64,000 bases of DNA from Lachnospiraceae bacterium UBA4631 (GTDB taxonomy: Bacteria > Bacillota > Clostridia > Lachnospirales > Lachnospiraceae). Position 1 is the first letter of the stretch. Each line of letters opens with the position of its first letter. The position numbers and the translations under genes are program-made. The notes under the pieces were generated by a model, which saw only the letters and a program-made list of their open reading frames with translations, did no database searches and was not told the origin of the DNA. Of the stretch, positions 30,850 to 43,713 are shown piece after piece. The stretch covers positions 238,233 through 302,232 of the forward strand of contig DHMX01000023.1 in assembly GCA_002406015.1 (NCBI GenBank), given 5' to 3'.

Positions 30850-31107
30850 GTGAGAGATTATATAGAGCAGAGGGCACTGGAAATCGGAGAATACATCGTC
30901 AAAGAAGGTGCAACCGTTCGGCAGACAGCGAAGAAATTTGGAGTCAGTAAGTCTACGGTACATAAAGACATTACAGAACGTTTAATCCAGATTAATCCCC
31001 CATTGGCAGCAAGGGCGAGAGTTGTCTTGGATGTCAACAAATCTGAGCGGCACATCCGAGGTGGAATGGCAACCAAAGAGAAATATCTGCATCAGCACAT
31101 GATTTGA
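30850..31107 (+). CDS. spoIIID: Sporulation transcriptional regulator SpoIIID
   Basis: RDYIEQRALEIGEYIVKEGATVRQTAKKFGVSKSTVHKDITERL...HIRGGMATKEKY closely parallels B. subtilis SpoIIID. GTG start. Confidence 0.9.
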   Translation: MRDYIEQRALEIGEYIVKEGATVRQTAKKFGVSKSTVHKDITERLIQINPPLAARARVVLDVNKSERHIRGGMATKEKYLHQHMI

Positions 31108-31120
31108 AATCAAATGAAAC

Positions 31121-31216
31121 CGGAAACCGTCAGTTCAAGGTCATTATCGGACTTTTGAACTGGCGGTTTCTGTTTATCGTATACTACAAGCTGTTGATTC
31201 TACAGCAGAACAGTTA
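31121..31216 (+). repeat. Copy 1 of a ~96-nt intergenic element (terminator hairpin plus conserved tail)
   Basis: Hairpin AAACCGTCAGTTCAA / TTGAACTGGCGGTTT followed by CTGTTTATCG and TACTACAAGCTGTTGATTCTACAGCAGAACAGTTA. About 90 percent identical to 31945-32041 by manual alignment. Confidence 0.85.
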
Positions 31217-31290
31217 TTGCATTATAGATTTGTATGATTTTACATTATATGATACACTTGATGAAATGAGTGTATTAAGGGGGCATAGAA

Positions 31291-31944
31291 ATGGGGATAC
31301 AAAATGATTTTGATTGCGAAGACAATCCGAATTTAACCGAAAAAGAAGAACCTAAAAAAAGAAAAATCAGTTTATTTACTATAATATTCCTTTTCTTAGT
31401 GGTTGCATTGTTTTTCTGGGCAATTTGGAATGCATTTTTAAGTTCTTTTGTTCCCAGACATAGAACCTTATTCGGAAGCTATGATAATTTCCGGAACAAG
31501 GCAGAAAACTCAGGATTGTCTTTGGAATTGCCGAAGACGGCATCCGATACAGAATATTATTGGGGTATTCATTGGTTTATTGAAGAGGCCGGATATGGAA
31601 CAGCGTTATCGGATGAAGATTATGAAAGCGTGAAATTGGAGACCATAAAGAGTTATCAGGAAACGTATGAAGGAACTGCAGGAGTAACATTATATGTATA
31701 TTCCGAGTCCGATGAAAAAGAGTGGGTTCAGGAAGAATGGTTAGAAAAATACAATATTGAAGAAACGGAAGAACTTTTAGGGAAGGATGAAGCAATAGAA
31801 GATTACTATGTTTTGGCATTTAGATATACGGATAGTGACCGCATTACCTATACTAACTGTATGCTTTGTAATGATTCTTCAAAAAGAATTATAGAAATAA
31901 GCTGTATAGACCGAAATGCAAGCGTAAGAAATGATAAACCCTAA
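31291..31944 (+). CDS. Membrane-anchored hypothetical protein (217 aa)
   Basis: N-terminal TM helix (ISLFTIIFLFLVVALFFWAIWNAFL). No domain recognised. It is flanked on both sides by the ~96-nt repeat. Confidence 0.5.
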   Translation: MGIQNDFDCEDNPNLTEKEEPKKRKISLFTIIFLFLVVALFFWAIWNAFLSSFVPRHRTLFGSYDNFRNKAENSGLSLELPKTASDTEYYWGIHWFIEEAGYGTALSDEDYESVKLETIKSYQETYEGTAGVTLYVYSESDEKEWVQEEWLEKYNIEETEELLGKDEAIEDYYVLAFRYTDSDRITYTNCMLCNDSSKRIIEISCIDRNASVRNDKP

Positions 31945-32041
31945 CGGAAACCGCCGGTTCAAAGACCCTTATCAGACCTTTGAACCGGCGGTTTCTGTTT
32001 ATCGCTTACTACAAGCTGTTGCTTCTACAGCAGAACAGTTA
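31945..32041 (+). repeat. Copy 2 of the ~96-nt intergenic element
   Basis: Hairpin AAACCGCCGGTTCAA / TTGAACCGGCGGTTT (perfect), with the same tail as copy 1. An A-to-G change in the 5' arm is compensated by T-to-C in the 3' arm relative to copy 1. Confidence 0.85.
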
Positions 32042-32128
32042 AAAGAATCTTGATGTTTGATAAATAAGTGGGTAAAATATTATTAGTATTATGGGTATTA
32101 ATAATGTGTTTGTATATGAGGTGAAATC

Positions 32129-33505
32129 TTGAATTTAGGAATAGAAACTGAAACACTGGAATTTAAAAAGTCTACAGGTGAGCTTAAAGAAGCAATGCAT
32201 TCTATTTGTGCGATTTTAAATAAACATCAACATGGAGAATTATATTTTGGAGTAAAACCGGATGGTACGCCAATTGGACAAATTGTAACGGAAGAATCTT
32301 TGCGAGAAGTTAGCCAAAAGATTAAAAATTTTATAGAACCTAAAATCTATCCCGCTATTAATAAGGTAGTTATTGATGGAAAAGAGTGTATTCATGTTAA
32401 ATTTGAGGGAAATCAAGTCCCATATTTTGCATATGGTGTAGCTAGAATACGAGTTGCAGATGAAGATTTGGTGATGTCACCGGAACAGATTACCGATTTG
32501 TTGTTAAGGAGTGGAAAAGAAGGTAATCGTTGGGAAAGTCTGGTTTCGAATAAATCAATTGAAGATGTTGATGAGGAACTATTAAGGAAATATACAACTC
32601 ATGCTCATGAAGTAGGAAGAATTGCAATTTCTTATACTGATAAAAAGACAGTTTTAAACCAATTGGAGTTAGTGGAAGGGGATGCTTTGTTAAATGCCGG
32701 AAAGGCATTGTTTAGCGACGATATTGTACAAGATGTTCAGATGGCAATATTTGCAACAAATGAACGATTGACATTTAATGATATACAACGTCATCATGGA
32801 CCTGTATTGAAACTTGTGGATATAGCAGAAAATTATATTAGGAGTAATATTCATTGGAGAGTAGAATTTACAGGAGAGTTGCAACGCACAGAAATACCAG
32901 AAATTCCGATAGATGCAATTCGAGAGGCTTTGTTAAATTCATTCTGTCATAAGGATTATGCTTCAGGGCAGAGTAACGAAGTGGCAATTTATAAGGACCG
33001 CGTGGAAATCTATAATCCGGGGGCTTTTCCCGAAGGCTATAATCCACAAGATTTTATAGATAAGGCAGAAAGACCAATTCGTAGAAATCCTAGGATTGCA
33101 AGAATTTTATATTATTCCAAAGATATAGAAAGCTTTGGCACAGGATTAAAGCGTATTGCTGATGCGTGTGATACAGCCGGGGTCAGGTATGAATTTAAAA
33201 AATTAAAATCTGGTTTTGTAGTCTGTTTCTATCGAATGCCAGATAGTAGTATCAGTGAAGAAAAAGCAGAAAAAAGTACGGGAAAAGTACGGGAAAAGTA
33301 CGGGAAAAGTACGGGAAATCTGAATGCTTCCCAGAAAAAAATTATTGATTTCTTACAAGAAAATGCTCACATAACAAACAAGGATGTTCAGACATTGTTA
33401 GGAGTAAAAGAATCCAGAGCATTAAAGATTTTGAGGAGCTTAGTGGAAATTGGTATTTTAGAGAAATGTGGTAAGTCAAGGAGCAGTTTTTATGTTTTGA
33501 AGTAA
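32129..33505 (+). CDS. Schlafen/AlbA_2-domain protein with HATPase_c_4-like region and C-terminal winged HTH (putative DNA-binding ATP-binding protein)
   Basis: ETETLEFKKSTGELKEAMHSICAILNKHQHGELYFGVKPDGTPIG (AlbA_2), RNPRIARILYYSKDIESFGTGLKRI (RecG-C/HATPase_c_4-like), and the C-terminal IIDFLQENAHITNKDVQTLLGVKESRALKILRSLVEIGILEK. Confidence 0.75.
   Translation: MNLGIETETLEFKKSTGELKEAMHSICAILNKHQHGELYFGVKPDGTPIGQIVTEESLREVSQKIKNFIEPKIYPAINKVVIDGKECIHVKFEGNQVPYFAYGVARIRVADEDLVMSPEQITDLLLRSGKEGNRWESLVSNKSIEDVDEELLRKYTTHAHEVGRIAISYTDKKTVLNQLELVEGDALLNAGKALFSDDIVQDVQMAIFATNERLTFNDIQRHHGPVLKLVDIAENYIRSNIHWRVEFTGELQRTEIPEIPIDAIREALLNSFCHKDYASGQSNEVAIYKDRVEIYNPGAFPEGYNPQDFIDKAERPIRRNPRIARILYYSKDIESFGTGLKRIADACDTAGVRYEFKKLKSGFVVCFYRMPDSSISEEKAEKSTGKVREKYGKSTGNLNASQKKIIDFLQENAHITNKDVQTLLGVKESRALKILRSLVEIGILEKCGKSRSSFYVLK
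33272..33318 (+). repeat. Tandem 11-nt repeat (GTACGGGAAAA) x4 inside the CDS
   Basis: GTACGGG starts at 33276, 33287, 33298 and 33309. Because 11 is not a multiple of 3, the peptide reads STGK-VREK-YGKS-TGN. Confidence 0.9.
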
Positions 33506-33716
33506 GAATAGTAACTACATGTATTTCATACACCTTCACACAAAACTATGAAAAATACAGGATGAATTTTACAAACCTGCTATATACTGCGGGGCATAAA
33601 ACATAGCACCAGAATATAAATGCTATGTAGAACAGGGAGAACGATATGACGTTACTGGATCAGATATATCAAGGCGATGGGGAACGTGTACGGACAATTA
33701 CATTATAATAGGAATC

Positions 33717-33950
33717 GTGTTGGTGATAGAAGCCATTGTTATATCAAGCTATGTGATACCGAATCCATCGGGAGGATTGGGTATCAACTATACACTTACG
33801 GATAGCGGTTGGACAGTATTGATATGGAAAATCGGTATAGTTATCTTCATTGCTGTAGCCGCGATAGTGATTATGAAACAGCAAAAAATGTTGAAAGAGG
33901 CGATATATGCCAGATTATTTGAATCTGCTACATCGTCTTTTTTTGTGTGA
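33717..33950 (+). CDS. Small hydrophobic hypothetical protein (77 aa)
   Basis: GTG-start ORF with two predicted TM helices. Weak coding evidence. Confidence 0.2.
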   Translation: MLVIEAIVISSYVIPNPSGGLGINYTLTDSGWTVLIWKIGIVIFIAVAAIVIMKQQKMLKEAIYARLFESATSSFFV

Positions 33951-34095
33951 CCTGCAGTGGCAGACAATTGAAGTTTGCAAAAGTATCCTTGCTATTTGTT
34001 GATTACGTTATTCCTGCTATATGGGATAATATATATGCCTGATAAGTTGTATTCCTGCTTTATATTGAAAGGTGAGAATATAAAGGAGGTTTCAT

Positions 34096-34710
34096 ATGAA
34101 GAAATACGGATATGTACGCGTGTCATCGAAAGATCAGAATTTAAATCGACAGTTGGATGCATTATATGAGGTGGGAGTAGAATCAAAAAATGTATATATT
34201 GATAAGCTGTCGGGGAAAGACTTTAACCGACCGAACTATAAGAGACTGGTATCCAGACTTCAGGAAGGTGATATTGTTGTAATCATGAGTATAGACAGAT
34301 TAGGGAGAAACTATGATGAGATTCTGGAACAGTGGAGGCTGTTGACAAAAGAACGACGAGTCAATATAGAGGTAGTTGATATGCCACTATTAAATACGAA
34401 TTATGAGCGGGAGGGATTGACAAGTGTTTTTATTTCCGATTTGGTTTTACAGATATTAGCATATGTTGCGGAAACGGAACGCTCATTTATAAGGCAGAGA
34501 CAGGCGGAAGGAATAGCAGCAGCTAAGGCTAGGGGAGTGAAGTTCGGGGTACAAAGACGGCAAATGCCGGAGGAGTTTGAAAAATATTTTCGACTATGGA
34601 AGGATAAAAAGATTACTGTTCGGAAAGCGGCAGAAAAATTAGGAATTGGTTATTCTACATTTTACAGGCGATGTAGGGAATTGCAAGAAAGTGATGAGAA
34701 AGTGTTGTGA
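34096..34710 (+). CDS. Small serine recombinase (resolvase/invertase family)
   Basis: MKKYGYVRVSSKDQNLNRQLDAL...IVVIMSIDRLGRN... carries the catalytic Ser in the YxRVSxxxQ motif plus a C-terminal HTH (ITVRKAAEKLGIGYSTFYR). RBS AAGGAGG upstream. Confidence 0.9.
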   Translation: MKKYGYVRVSSKDQNLNRQLDALYEVGVESKNVYIDKLSGKDFNRPNYKRLVSRLQEGDIVVIMSIDRLGRNYDEILEQWRLLTKERRVNIEVVDMPLLNTNYEREGLTSVFISDLVLQILAYVAETERSFIRQRQAEGIAAAKARGVKFGVQRRQMPEEFEKYFRLWKDKKITVRKAAEKLGIGYSTFYRRCRELQESDEKVL

Positions 34711-34748
34711 AAAGTAGACAATGTGAAACATCTAATATGTTATGAAAC

Positions 34749-34784
34749 AAGCTCGTAAATCAAATGATTTATAGAGCTTTTTTT
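34749..34784 (+). terminator. Rho-independent terminator after the recombinase gene
   Basis: AAGCTC (34749-34754) / GAGCTT (34774-34779) with inner TAAATCA/TGATTTA pairing, followed by a T7 run. Confidence 0.55.
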
Positions 34785-34934
34785 ATTATATAACATGTGT
34801 TTCGAAAAGTCTACTTTTGGAAAATTACAATTTCAGATAGCTTGGGGTTGTCTGTGAAAGATGGATAAAGGAGGGAAAAGAGAAAAAGGAGTATCCATTG
34901 TAAATCAATAGAGAAATAAGGGAGGAACAAAGAG

Positions 34935-35471
34935 ATGAAAACAGAAATATGGAGTCGCAAGTATGTGGATGATGATTTGATGCGGATAGGTGCAACGAAT
35001 TTTATGAATAACCTATATGAGTTTTTGGGCATATATCAGAAATACTTAATGGATGATGCTGCCGGGAGAGAGTTTGAAAAGTACTATAGGGATTATCGCA
35101 ATATAACAGAATATCATTTCGTTAATAAGGGTGTTCAGTTTGTAAGAGGTCTGCTAAAGAATAAGGAAATCGAGGTTTCAAATAGAAATATTAAAAGGCT
35201 GGGGCGAACCTATAAGGGCTTTCCGGTTGTATTGACCATGTATGCAGATGAAGTGATAACAAGTATTCTGGAATATATAGATGATAATGAGATGTTGAAA
35301 GCGGTATATCTGCATCAAGTGGTTTGGAGTAATAATTCAGAGCAGAACTTGACTTTTCAATATAAGTTGTTAAGAAGGACTGTGCGAGGAAGTGAACCGG
35401 GGGCTCCGTGTGCAAGGTTAATGGATAATATTAATGCTGTAAAATGGGAGGAGAAAAATGTATTTTTATAA
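34935..35471 (+). CDS. Hypothetical protein (178 aa)
   Basis: RBS AGGGAGG upstream. It overlaps the next ORF by 14 nt. No domain recognised. AT-rich. Confidence 0.45.
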   Translation: MKTEIWSRKYVDDDLMRIGATNFMNNLYEFLGIYQKYLMDDAAGREFEKYYRDYRNITEYHFVNKGVQFVRGLLKNKEIEVSNRNIKRLGRTYKGFPVVLTMYADEVITSILEYIDDNEMLKAVYLHQVVWSNNSEQNLTFQYKLLRRTVRGSEPGAPCARLMDNINAVKWEEKNVFL

Positions 35472-36162
35472 GATGTCAAATTCGAATATCTTAGCTGATT
35501 CATGCATTAAGAAGTATTTGAAAAAGGCAAATGACAATATAGAACAAATGAAGGAGAATTTTGCCAATGCGGTATTTAGTGCAATGGCAAGTGTTCTTAT
35601 TGGAATAGAGATGTGGGATCGACTTGATAATTTCAATATAATCTTAAGGGTTCTCATTGTTCTTGTAGCATTACTGGTGTCATATTTTATTATTACAGTG
35701 GCTGTGATAAAACTGACGGCTGTAATTGAGTGGATGTGTAGAATTAAAGGGGAAAAAAAAGACAACGAAACGGCAGATGATATAAAAGAACGATTTAATA
35801 CGGAGATTATGACAGAAGCAGTTATGGGAATCAGCTTGTCCCAGCAAATTATAAATCAGCCGCAAACACCATACAAACAGAATTTGAATCAGATATACAT
35901 ATACCAATGCCTATATTACTTTAATAGAATGATGGATGATACGCAAATAGAAATGAATAGGTGTGATAGAGAATTTTTTATAGAAGAGGTTGGTCAGGGA
36001 AGATTTAGTTCTATGTGCGAGGCGGTGCTAAATCAACTGGGAGAGCTGAAAAAGGCAGTAGAAAAGCAATCGTTTAATAATAAAACAGATATAAATAAAA
36101 TGCTTGATGATATTATTACTGATTTAGAAAGCTGGGAAGATAATGGAAGTAAGAGCAAATGA
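35458..36162 (+). CDS. Hypothetical membrane protein (234 aa, 2 TM helices)
   Basis: Hydrophobic segments AVFSAMASVLIGI and ILRVLIVLVALLVSYFIITVAVI. An ATGA overlap with the next gene suggests translational coupling. Confidence 0.45.
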   Translation: MYFYKMSNSNILADSCIKKYLKKANDNIEQMKENFANAVFSAMASVLIGIEMWDRLDNFNIILRVLIVLVALLVSYFIITVAVIKLTAVIEWMCRIKGEKKDNETADDIKERFNTEIMTEAVMGISLSQQIINQPQTPYKQNLNQIYIYQCLYYFNRMMDDTQIEMNRCDREFFIEEVGQGRFSSMCEAVLNQLGELKKAVEKQSFNNKTDINKMLDDIITDLESWEDNGSKSK

Positions 36163-37130
36163 GTGTACGAAGTGAGAGCATGGATGAGAATAACGAAACA
36201 GTTATTTTGCAACCGTTAAAGAGTGTCGAGAGTTATTCTGCATCTAAAAAACAACAGTATTATACAAATATACATGAAGTGTGTACAAACCGTAAACTTA
36301 AAAGACAGACAACACCTTTGATTGTAAATACTATTTCGAGGATTGTACCTATACTGCATAGGTTTGATTTTGAAATAAGGGGAAGTGAAAACCTACCCAA
36401 AGATGATGTTGCAGTTTTTATTTGCAATCATTCTAATTCCCATGATGGCTTTCTGGTTCAGGAACTCTTTGCACGATTGAAAAGACCGGTTACTTCATTA
36501 GTAGCATGGGATGGGTTAAATATCTTTACGAGATATATTATAAGGCTTACGAATGCCACATTTATAAAAAGGGATGATAAAAAGTCTAAAGAAAGCGGTA
36601 TTTTAGATTTCTGCACGAAGATTTTAGACGGAAAGAATGGCTTTGTATTTGGGGAAGGTACATGGAATCTTCACCCGATATTACCGATGCAAAGGCTTAG
36701 AGCTGGTGCAACCGAGGTTGCCTTAATTACAGAAAAGGTAATCGTTCCAACAATCTTTGAATATGTGGAAGTAACAGGTGAGTGTAAAAAAGAAAACGAA
36801 CTATACAGTAAATGTATAATCGTTTTTGGCGAGCCGGTTAAAGTTAGTGCTTCAGAGAGTATATTTGAACAAACCCATGTTATTCAGCAGAAAATGGAGG
36901 AAATGCGTAAAGCTATATGGCAGGAAATCGGAGTAAACAGGAATTCCATCCAAGACATCAATCAGAAGGTGTATTTGAATCATGTGTATTTGAAAAAGTT
37001 TAAAGCTATAGGTTATACCTTTGATTCTGAATATGAAAGCCGGTATTTGTTTTATAAGGGTGGGAAGAATGAAAATGAGTATTACATAAACGGACAGGGA
37101 GAGTTTGTGCCGGGAAATACGAAGAAGTAA
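36159..37130 (+). CDS. PlsC/LPLAT-family acyltransferase (1-acyl-sn-glycerol-3-phosphate acyltransferase-like)
   Basis: FICNHSNSHDGF (HX4D catalytic motif) and FVFGEGTWN (EGT motif) at the spacing usual for the family. Confidence 0.65.
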   Translation: MSVRSESMDENNETVILQPLKSVESYSASKKQQYYTNIHEVCTNRKLKRQTTPLIVNTISRIVPILHRFDFEIRGSENLPKDDVAVFICNHSNSHDGFLVQELFARLKRPVTSLVAWDGLNIFTRYIIRLTNATFIKRDDKKSKESGILDFCTKILDGKNGFVFGEGTWNLHPILPMQRLRAGATEVALITEKVIVPTIFEYVEVTGECKKENELYSKCIIVFGEPVKVSASESIFEQTHVIQQKMEEMRKAIWQEIGVNRNSIQDINQKVYLNHVYLKKFKAIGYTFDSEYESRYLFYKGGKNENEYYINGQGEFVPGNTKK

Positions 37131-37173
37131 GGTTGTTTCAATATGAAAATTATAAATAAAAGATGAAAGGAAA

Positions 37174-38085
37174 ATGATGATGGGTGTCGAAAATGCAATA
37201 GATTTAATAAAGAATCTTACTGATATATCTTGTCAAGAAATGAAAAAGAATGAACCTACATATGATTTCTTTATTGAAATGGTTAAAGACGGAGATTTGA
37301 GTGAGGATAAATTAACAAAACTGGCGTTAATTGCGAATAAGGAAAAGATATGCAAAGAAATTAAGAATTGTTTAAAAATAGAGAAGAAAAAAAGAGAAAT
37401 ACTATTTTGCAATAATATAAATCTGCCGGAAATACAGAAAGTAGATTCATATTTGGACGATTGGCGTTCATATTTTGATAGATTATGTTCTATAGTGTCG
37501 GACGAGGCTATGCAGGATATTTGGGCAAGAATTTTAGTAAAAGAAACATTACAACCGGGAAGCATAAGTAAGGTGATGCTAAATACATTTTCATTGCTAG
37601 ATAACGCATCAGCAAAAAGTTTTGAAAAACTATGTGCAGTAACATTTAAAATGAATCAGGGAGATGATGAAAGAGAGATACCTTTAATAATATATGATGA
37701 CATATTATGTGAAATAATTCATGAATCGTTGGATAGTCTTTCAGAAGAACAAAAAGAAAAAATGTATGCATATGAGAAATATATACCTACACAAAAGGAA
37801 ATAGAATATTTAGCAGAATTAAATTTAATTAAAACAAGTGAAGATCATATGGAGTGCGATATTTATTCTATTGAAGAGATGAACTTGGTATTTGAAGTAG
37901 GAGATAAAAAAATTGAATATAAAGCACCATATGATTCAAATGAAAATCGGTATTTCGTATGTGTAGGTCAAGTCTTTTTTACTCAAACGGGATTAGCATT
38001 ATACAATTCAATAGCTAAAAATAATATGAAATATGAGTATTTGTATGATGTGTTAAAGATATATATAGAATACAGAAATGAATAA
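37174..38085 (+). CDS. Hypothetical protein (303 aa; faint resemblance to DUF2806-type proteins)
   Basis: Only a weak recollection that the MQDIWARILVKE...S...L..L segment is DUF2806-like. No catalytic motif recognised. Confidence 0.35.
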   Translation: MMMGVENAIDLIKNLTDISCQEMKKNEPTYDFFIEMVKDGDLSEDKLTKLALIANKEKICKEIKNCLKIEKKKREILFCNNINLPEIQKVDSYLDDWRSYFDRLCSIVSDEAMQDIWARILVKETLQPGSISKVMLNTFSLLDNASAKSFEKLCAVTFKMNQGDDEREIPLIIYDDILCEIIHESLDSLSEEQKEKMYAYEKYIPTQKEIEYLAELNLIKTSEDHMECDIYSIEEMNLVFEVGDKKIEYKAPYDSNENRYFVCVGQVFFTQTGLALYNSIAKNNMKYEYLYDVLKIYIEYRNE

Positions 38086-38098
38086 GGAGGAAATGAAA

Positions 38099-38257
38099 AT
38101 GGTTGATGAAAATGATTTAAGAGAGTATGAAGAGTGGGTTAATGAAGCAACTTCTAAATCAGAATTGAAAGAGATATTGCAAGATATAAGAAATGATATT
38201 TTAGATGATGGTGATGATAATGAGGGAGGCAGGGTTAAGACTCTAATGAAAAAATGA
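38099..38257 (+). CDS. Small acidic hypothetical protein (52 aa)
   Basis: ATG 8 nt after AAGGAGG. MVDENDLREYEEWVNEATSKSELKEILQDIRNDILDDGDDNEGGRVKTLMKK. Below the ORF-track cutoff, and has no DSL-type carrier motif. Confidence 0.3.
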   Translation: MVDENDLREYEEWVNEATSKSELKEILQDIRNDILDDGDDNEGGRVKTLMKK

Positions 38258-38283
38258 TCTGAGATACAAGGGAGGACATAACT

Positions 38284-39993
38284 ATGATTTCACAGACAGG
38301 TTATCCATCTGTAGACAAGCCTTGGTTGAAATATTACAGCGAGGAAGCAATCCATACACCGCTTCCGGAAAAAACATTATATGGGTATCTGTATGAAAAT
38401 AATCGGAATAATATGGAATCAGTTGCTTTGAATTATTATGGAAAAAGAATTAGCAATAAAGATTTTTTTGAGCATATAAAAGAGACCGCTGATGCATTTG
38501 CAGCAATAGGAATTAAAAAGGGAGATATGGTTACTATATTATCACTTATAACTCCGGAAACTATTTATTGCATATATGCATTAAATTACATAGGTGCAAT
38601 TGCTAACATGGGATATTTGTCTTTATCTGATGATGAAATTGTTCATATGGTTGAAAAGACTAATTCGAAAATAACAATTGTACTTGATGTTGCAGCAGAA
38701 AAGGTTATGCACGTCCAGAAGAGATTAACATCAGAACTGACGATTATTCTTCCGCTAGAATCGAGTATGCCATGGTTGATGAAGGCTATTGTGAAGTTGA
38801 AGAAAAAGAAATTTCCGAATGACGGAAAACAGGTACTAACATATATTTCATTTGTAAAAAAATATGCAGGGCAGAAACAGGCAGTAGAAGTACAGTGGAA
38901 AGAAGACCAATCGGCAGTTTTGGTTTATACCAGTGGCACAACCGGAGAGCCCAAAGGAGTTGTTCTGACAAATGACAATATTAATGCAGTTGCATTTCAA
39001 TATAAGTATTTAGGATTGAAATTTAACAAAGGGGAAACAATCCTTACATTCATGCCGCCATTTTTGGCAATTGGGTTTAGTTTGAATGTGCATATGCCAT
39101 TATCATTAGGGCTTGAAGAAGTTATAAATCCCAATCCGGATCCTGATGTATTGACAAGGTTTTATAAAAAATATAGACCAAATCATTTCATAGCTGCTCC
39201 AACTAACATTTTGCAAATAATAGAGGCTATGCATGGAAAAACAATGTGTAATTGCATCACATTGGCAGGTGGCGGAGAATCTATGACACCTCAACAGGAA
39301 GAAACGGTAAATAAATATCTTGCGGAACATGGTTCAAATGCAAAATATAGTACGGGTTACGGAATGACAGAATTTGCTGCAACAGTCACAGTAGGACTTA
39401 ACGCCGTATATCGTGAAAATACACTGGGAATTCCATTATGTAAGACAATCGTAAAAGTTGTGGATACGGAAAATGGAAAAGAATTGCCATATGACGAAGT
39501 AGGTGAGTTGTGCTTTCATACGCCAAGTCAGATGAAGGAGTATTATCTTAATCCTAAGGAAACCGCTGAGACGGTTATTCAGCATGAAGATGGCATGAAA
39601 TGGATTAGGACGGGTGATTTAGGCTGGGTTGACAGAGATGGATTTGTCCATTTTAAAGGCCGTATGAAACGTATTTACATGACACAAGGAGAGGATGGAA
39701 CATTATACAAAGTATTTCCTGCAAGAACAGAAAAGGTTCTTATGGAAATCGAAAATGTAAAAAAGTGTGCAGTAACTGTAAGAATGGAAGGAAAGCTTGT
39801 AAAGGAACAGATAGCTTATCTTGTGCTGAATAAAGGGGCAGAAAAAGAAAAGATATTAGAGAAGGTAAAAGCACACTGTAAAAAATCCCTTCCTTCACAT
39901 TCTGTTCCTGCGAAATATGTACTACTGGAAGAAATTCCACTTACCCAAAGTGGGAAGACAGATTATAAGACATTGGAAAGAATGACAAAATAA
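38284..39993 (+). CDS. ANL-superfamily adenylate-forming enzyme (acyl-CoA synthetase / acyl-AMP ligase), paralog 1, intact
   Basis: VLVYTSGTTGEPKGVVLTN (A3 motif), GYGMTE, TGDLGWVDRDGF, and the C-terminal catalytic Lys in QSGKTDYKTL. The N-terminus is MISQTGYPSVDKPWLKYY. Confidence 0.9.
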   Translation: MISQTGYPSVDKPWLKYYSEEAIHTPLPEKTLYGYLYENNRNNMESVALNYYGKRISNKDFFEHIKETADAFAAIGIKKGDMVTILSLITPETIYCIYALNYIGAIANMGYLSLSDDEIVHMVEKTNSKITIVLDVAAEKVMHVQKRLTSELTIILPLESSMPWLMKAIVKLKKKKFPNDGKQVLTYISFVKKYAGQKQAVEVQWKEDQSAVLVYTSGTTGEPKGVVLTNDNINAVAFQYKYLGLKFNKGETILTFMPPFLAIGFSLNVHMPLSLGLEEVINPNPDPDVLTRFYKKYRPNHFIAAPTNILQIIEAMHGKTMCNCITLAGGGESMTPQQEETVNKYLAEHGSNAKYSTGYGMTEFAATVTVGLNAVYRENTLGIPLCKTIVKVVDTENGKELPYDEVGELCFHTPSQMKEYYLNPKETAETVIQHEDGMKWIRTGDLGWVDRDGFVHFKGRMKRIYMTQGEDGTLYKVFPARTEKVLMEIENVKKCAVTVRMEGKLVKEQIAYLVLNKGAEKEKILEKVKAHCKKSLPSHSVPAKYVLLEEIPLTQSGKTDYKTLERMTK

Positions 39994-40018
39994 GATTGAC
40001 AAAGGAGGAGGAAAAAAT

Positions 40019-41774
<1,756 letters not shown>

Positions 41775-41978
41775 AAATACTGAAAAGAAAACAAATGAAA
41801 CTCTGCGACGGAAGACATTGAAACCATGTTGAATGTCTGACCAAGAAAACGAACGAAGGGCGAGAATATGAGGCAGTTGTGAAATCCTTGAGTGGTTTAT
41901 GACTAAAGAAAAATGTCCTGAAAAATTTAAGACAATATTTTTATAAAAAGATAGATTGACAAAGGAGGAGAGAAAACT

Positions 41979-43712
<1,734 letters not shown>

Positions 43713-43713
<1 letters not shown>

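Noticed and set aside
33975-34169. 64-codon ORF overlapping the start of the serine recombinase gene
   Set aside because: It overlaps the well-supported recombinase CDS and its RBS in another frame, has a TTG start and has no RBS.
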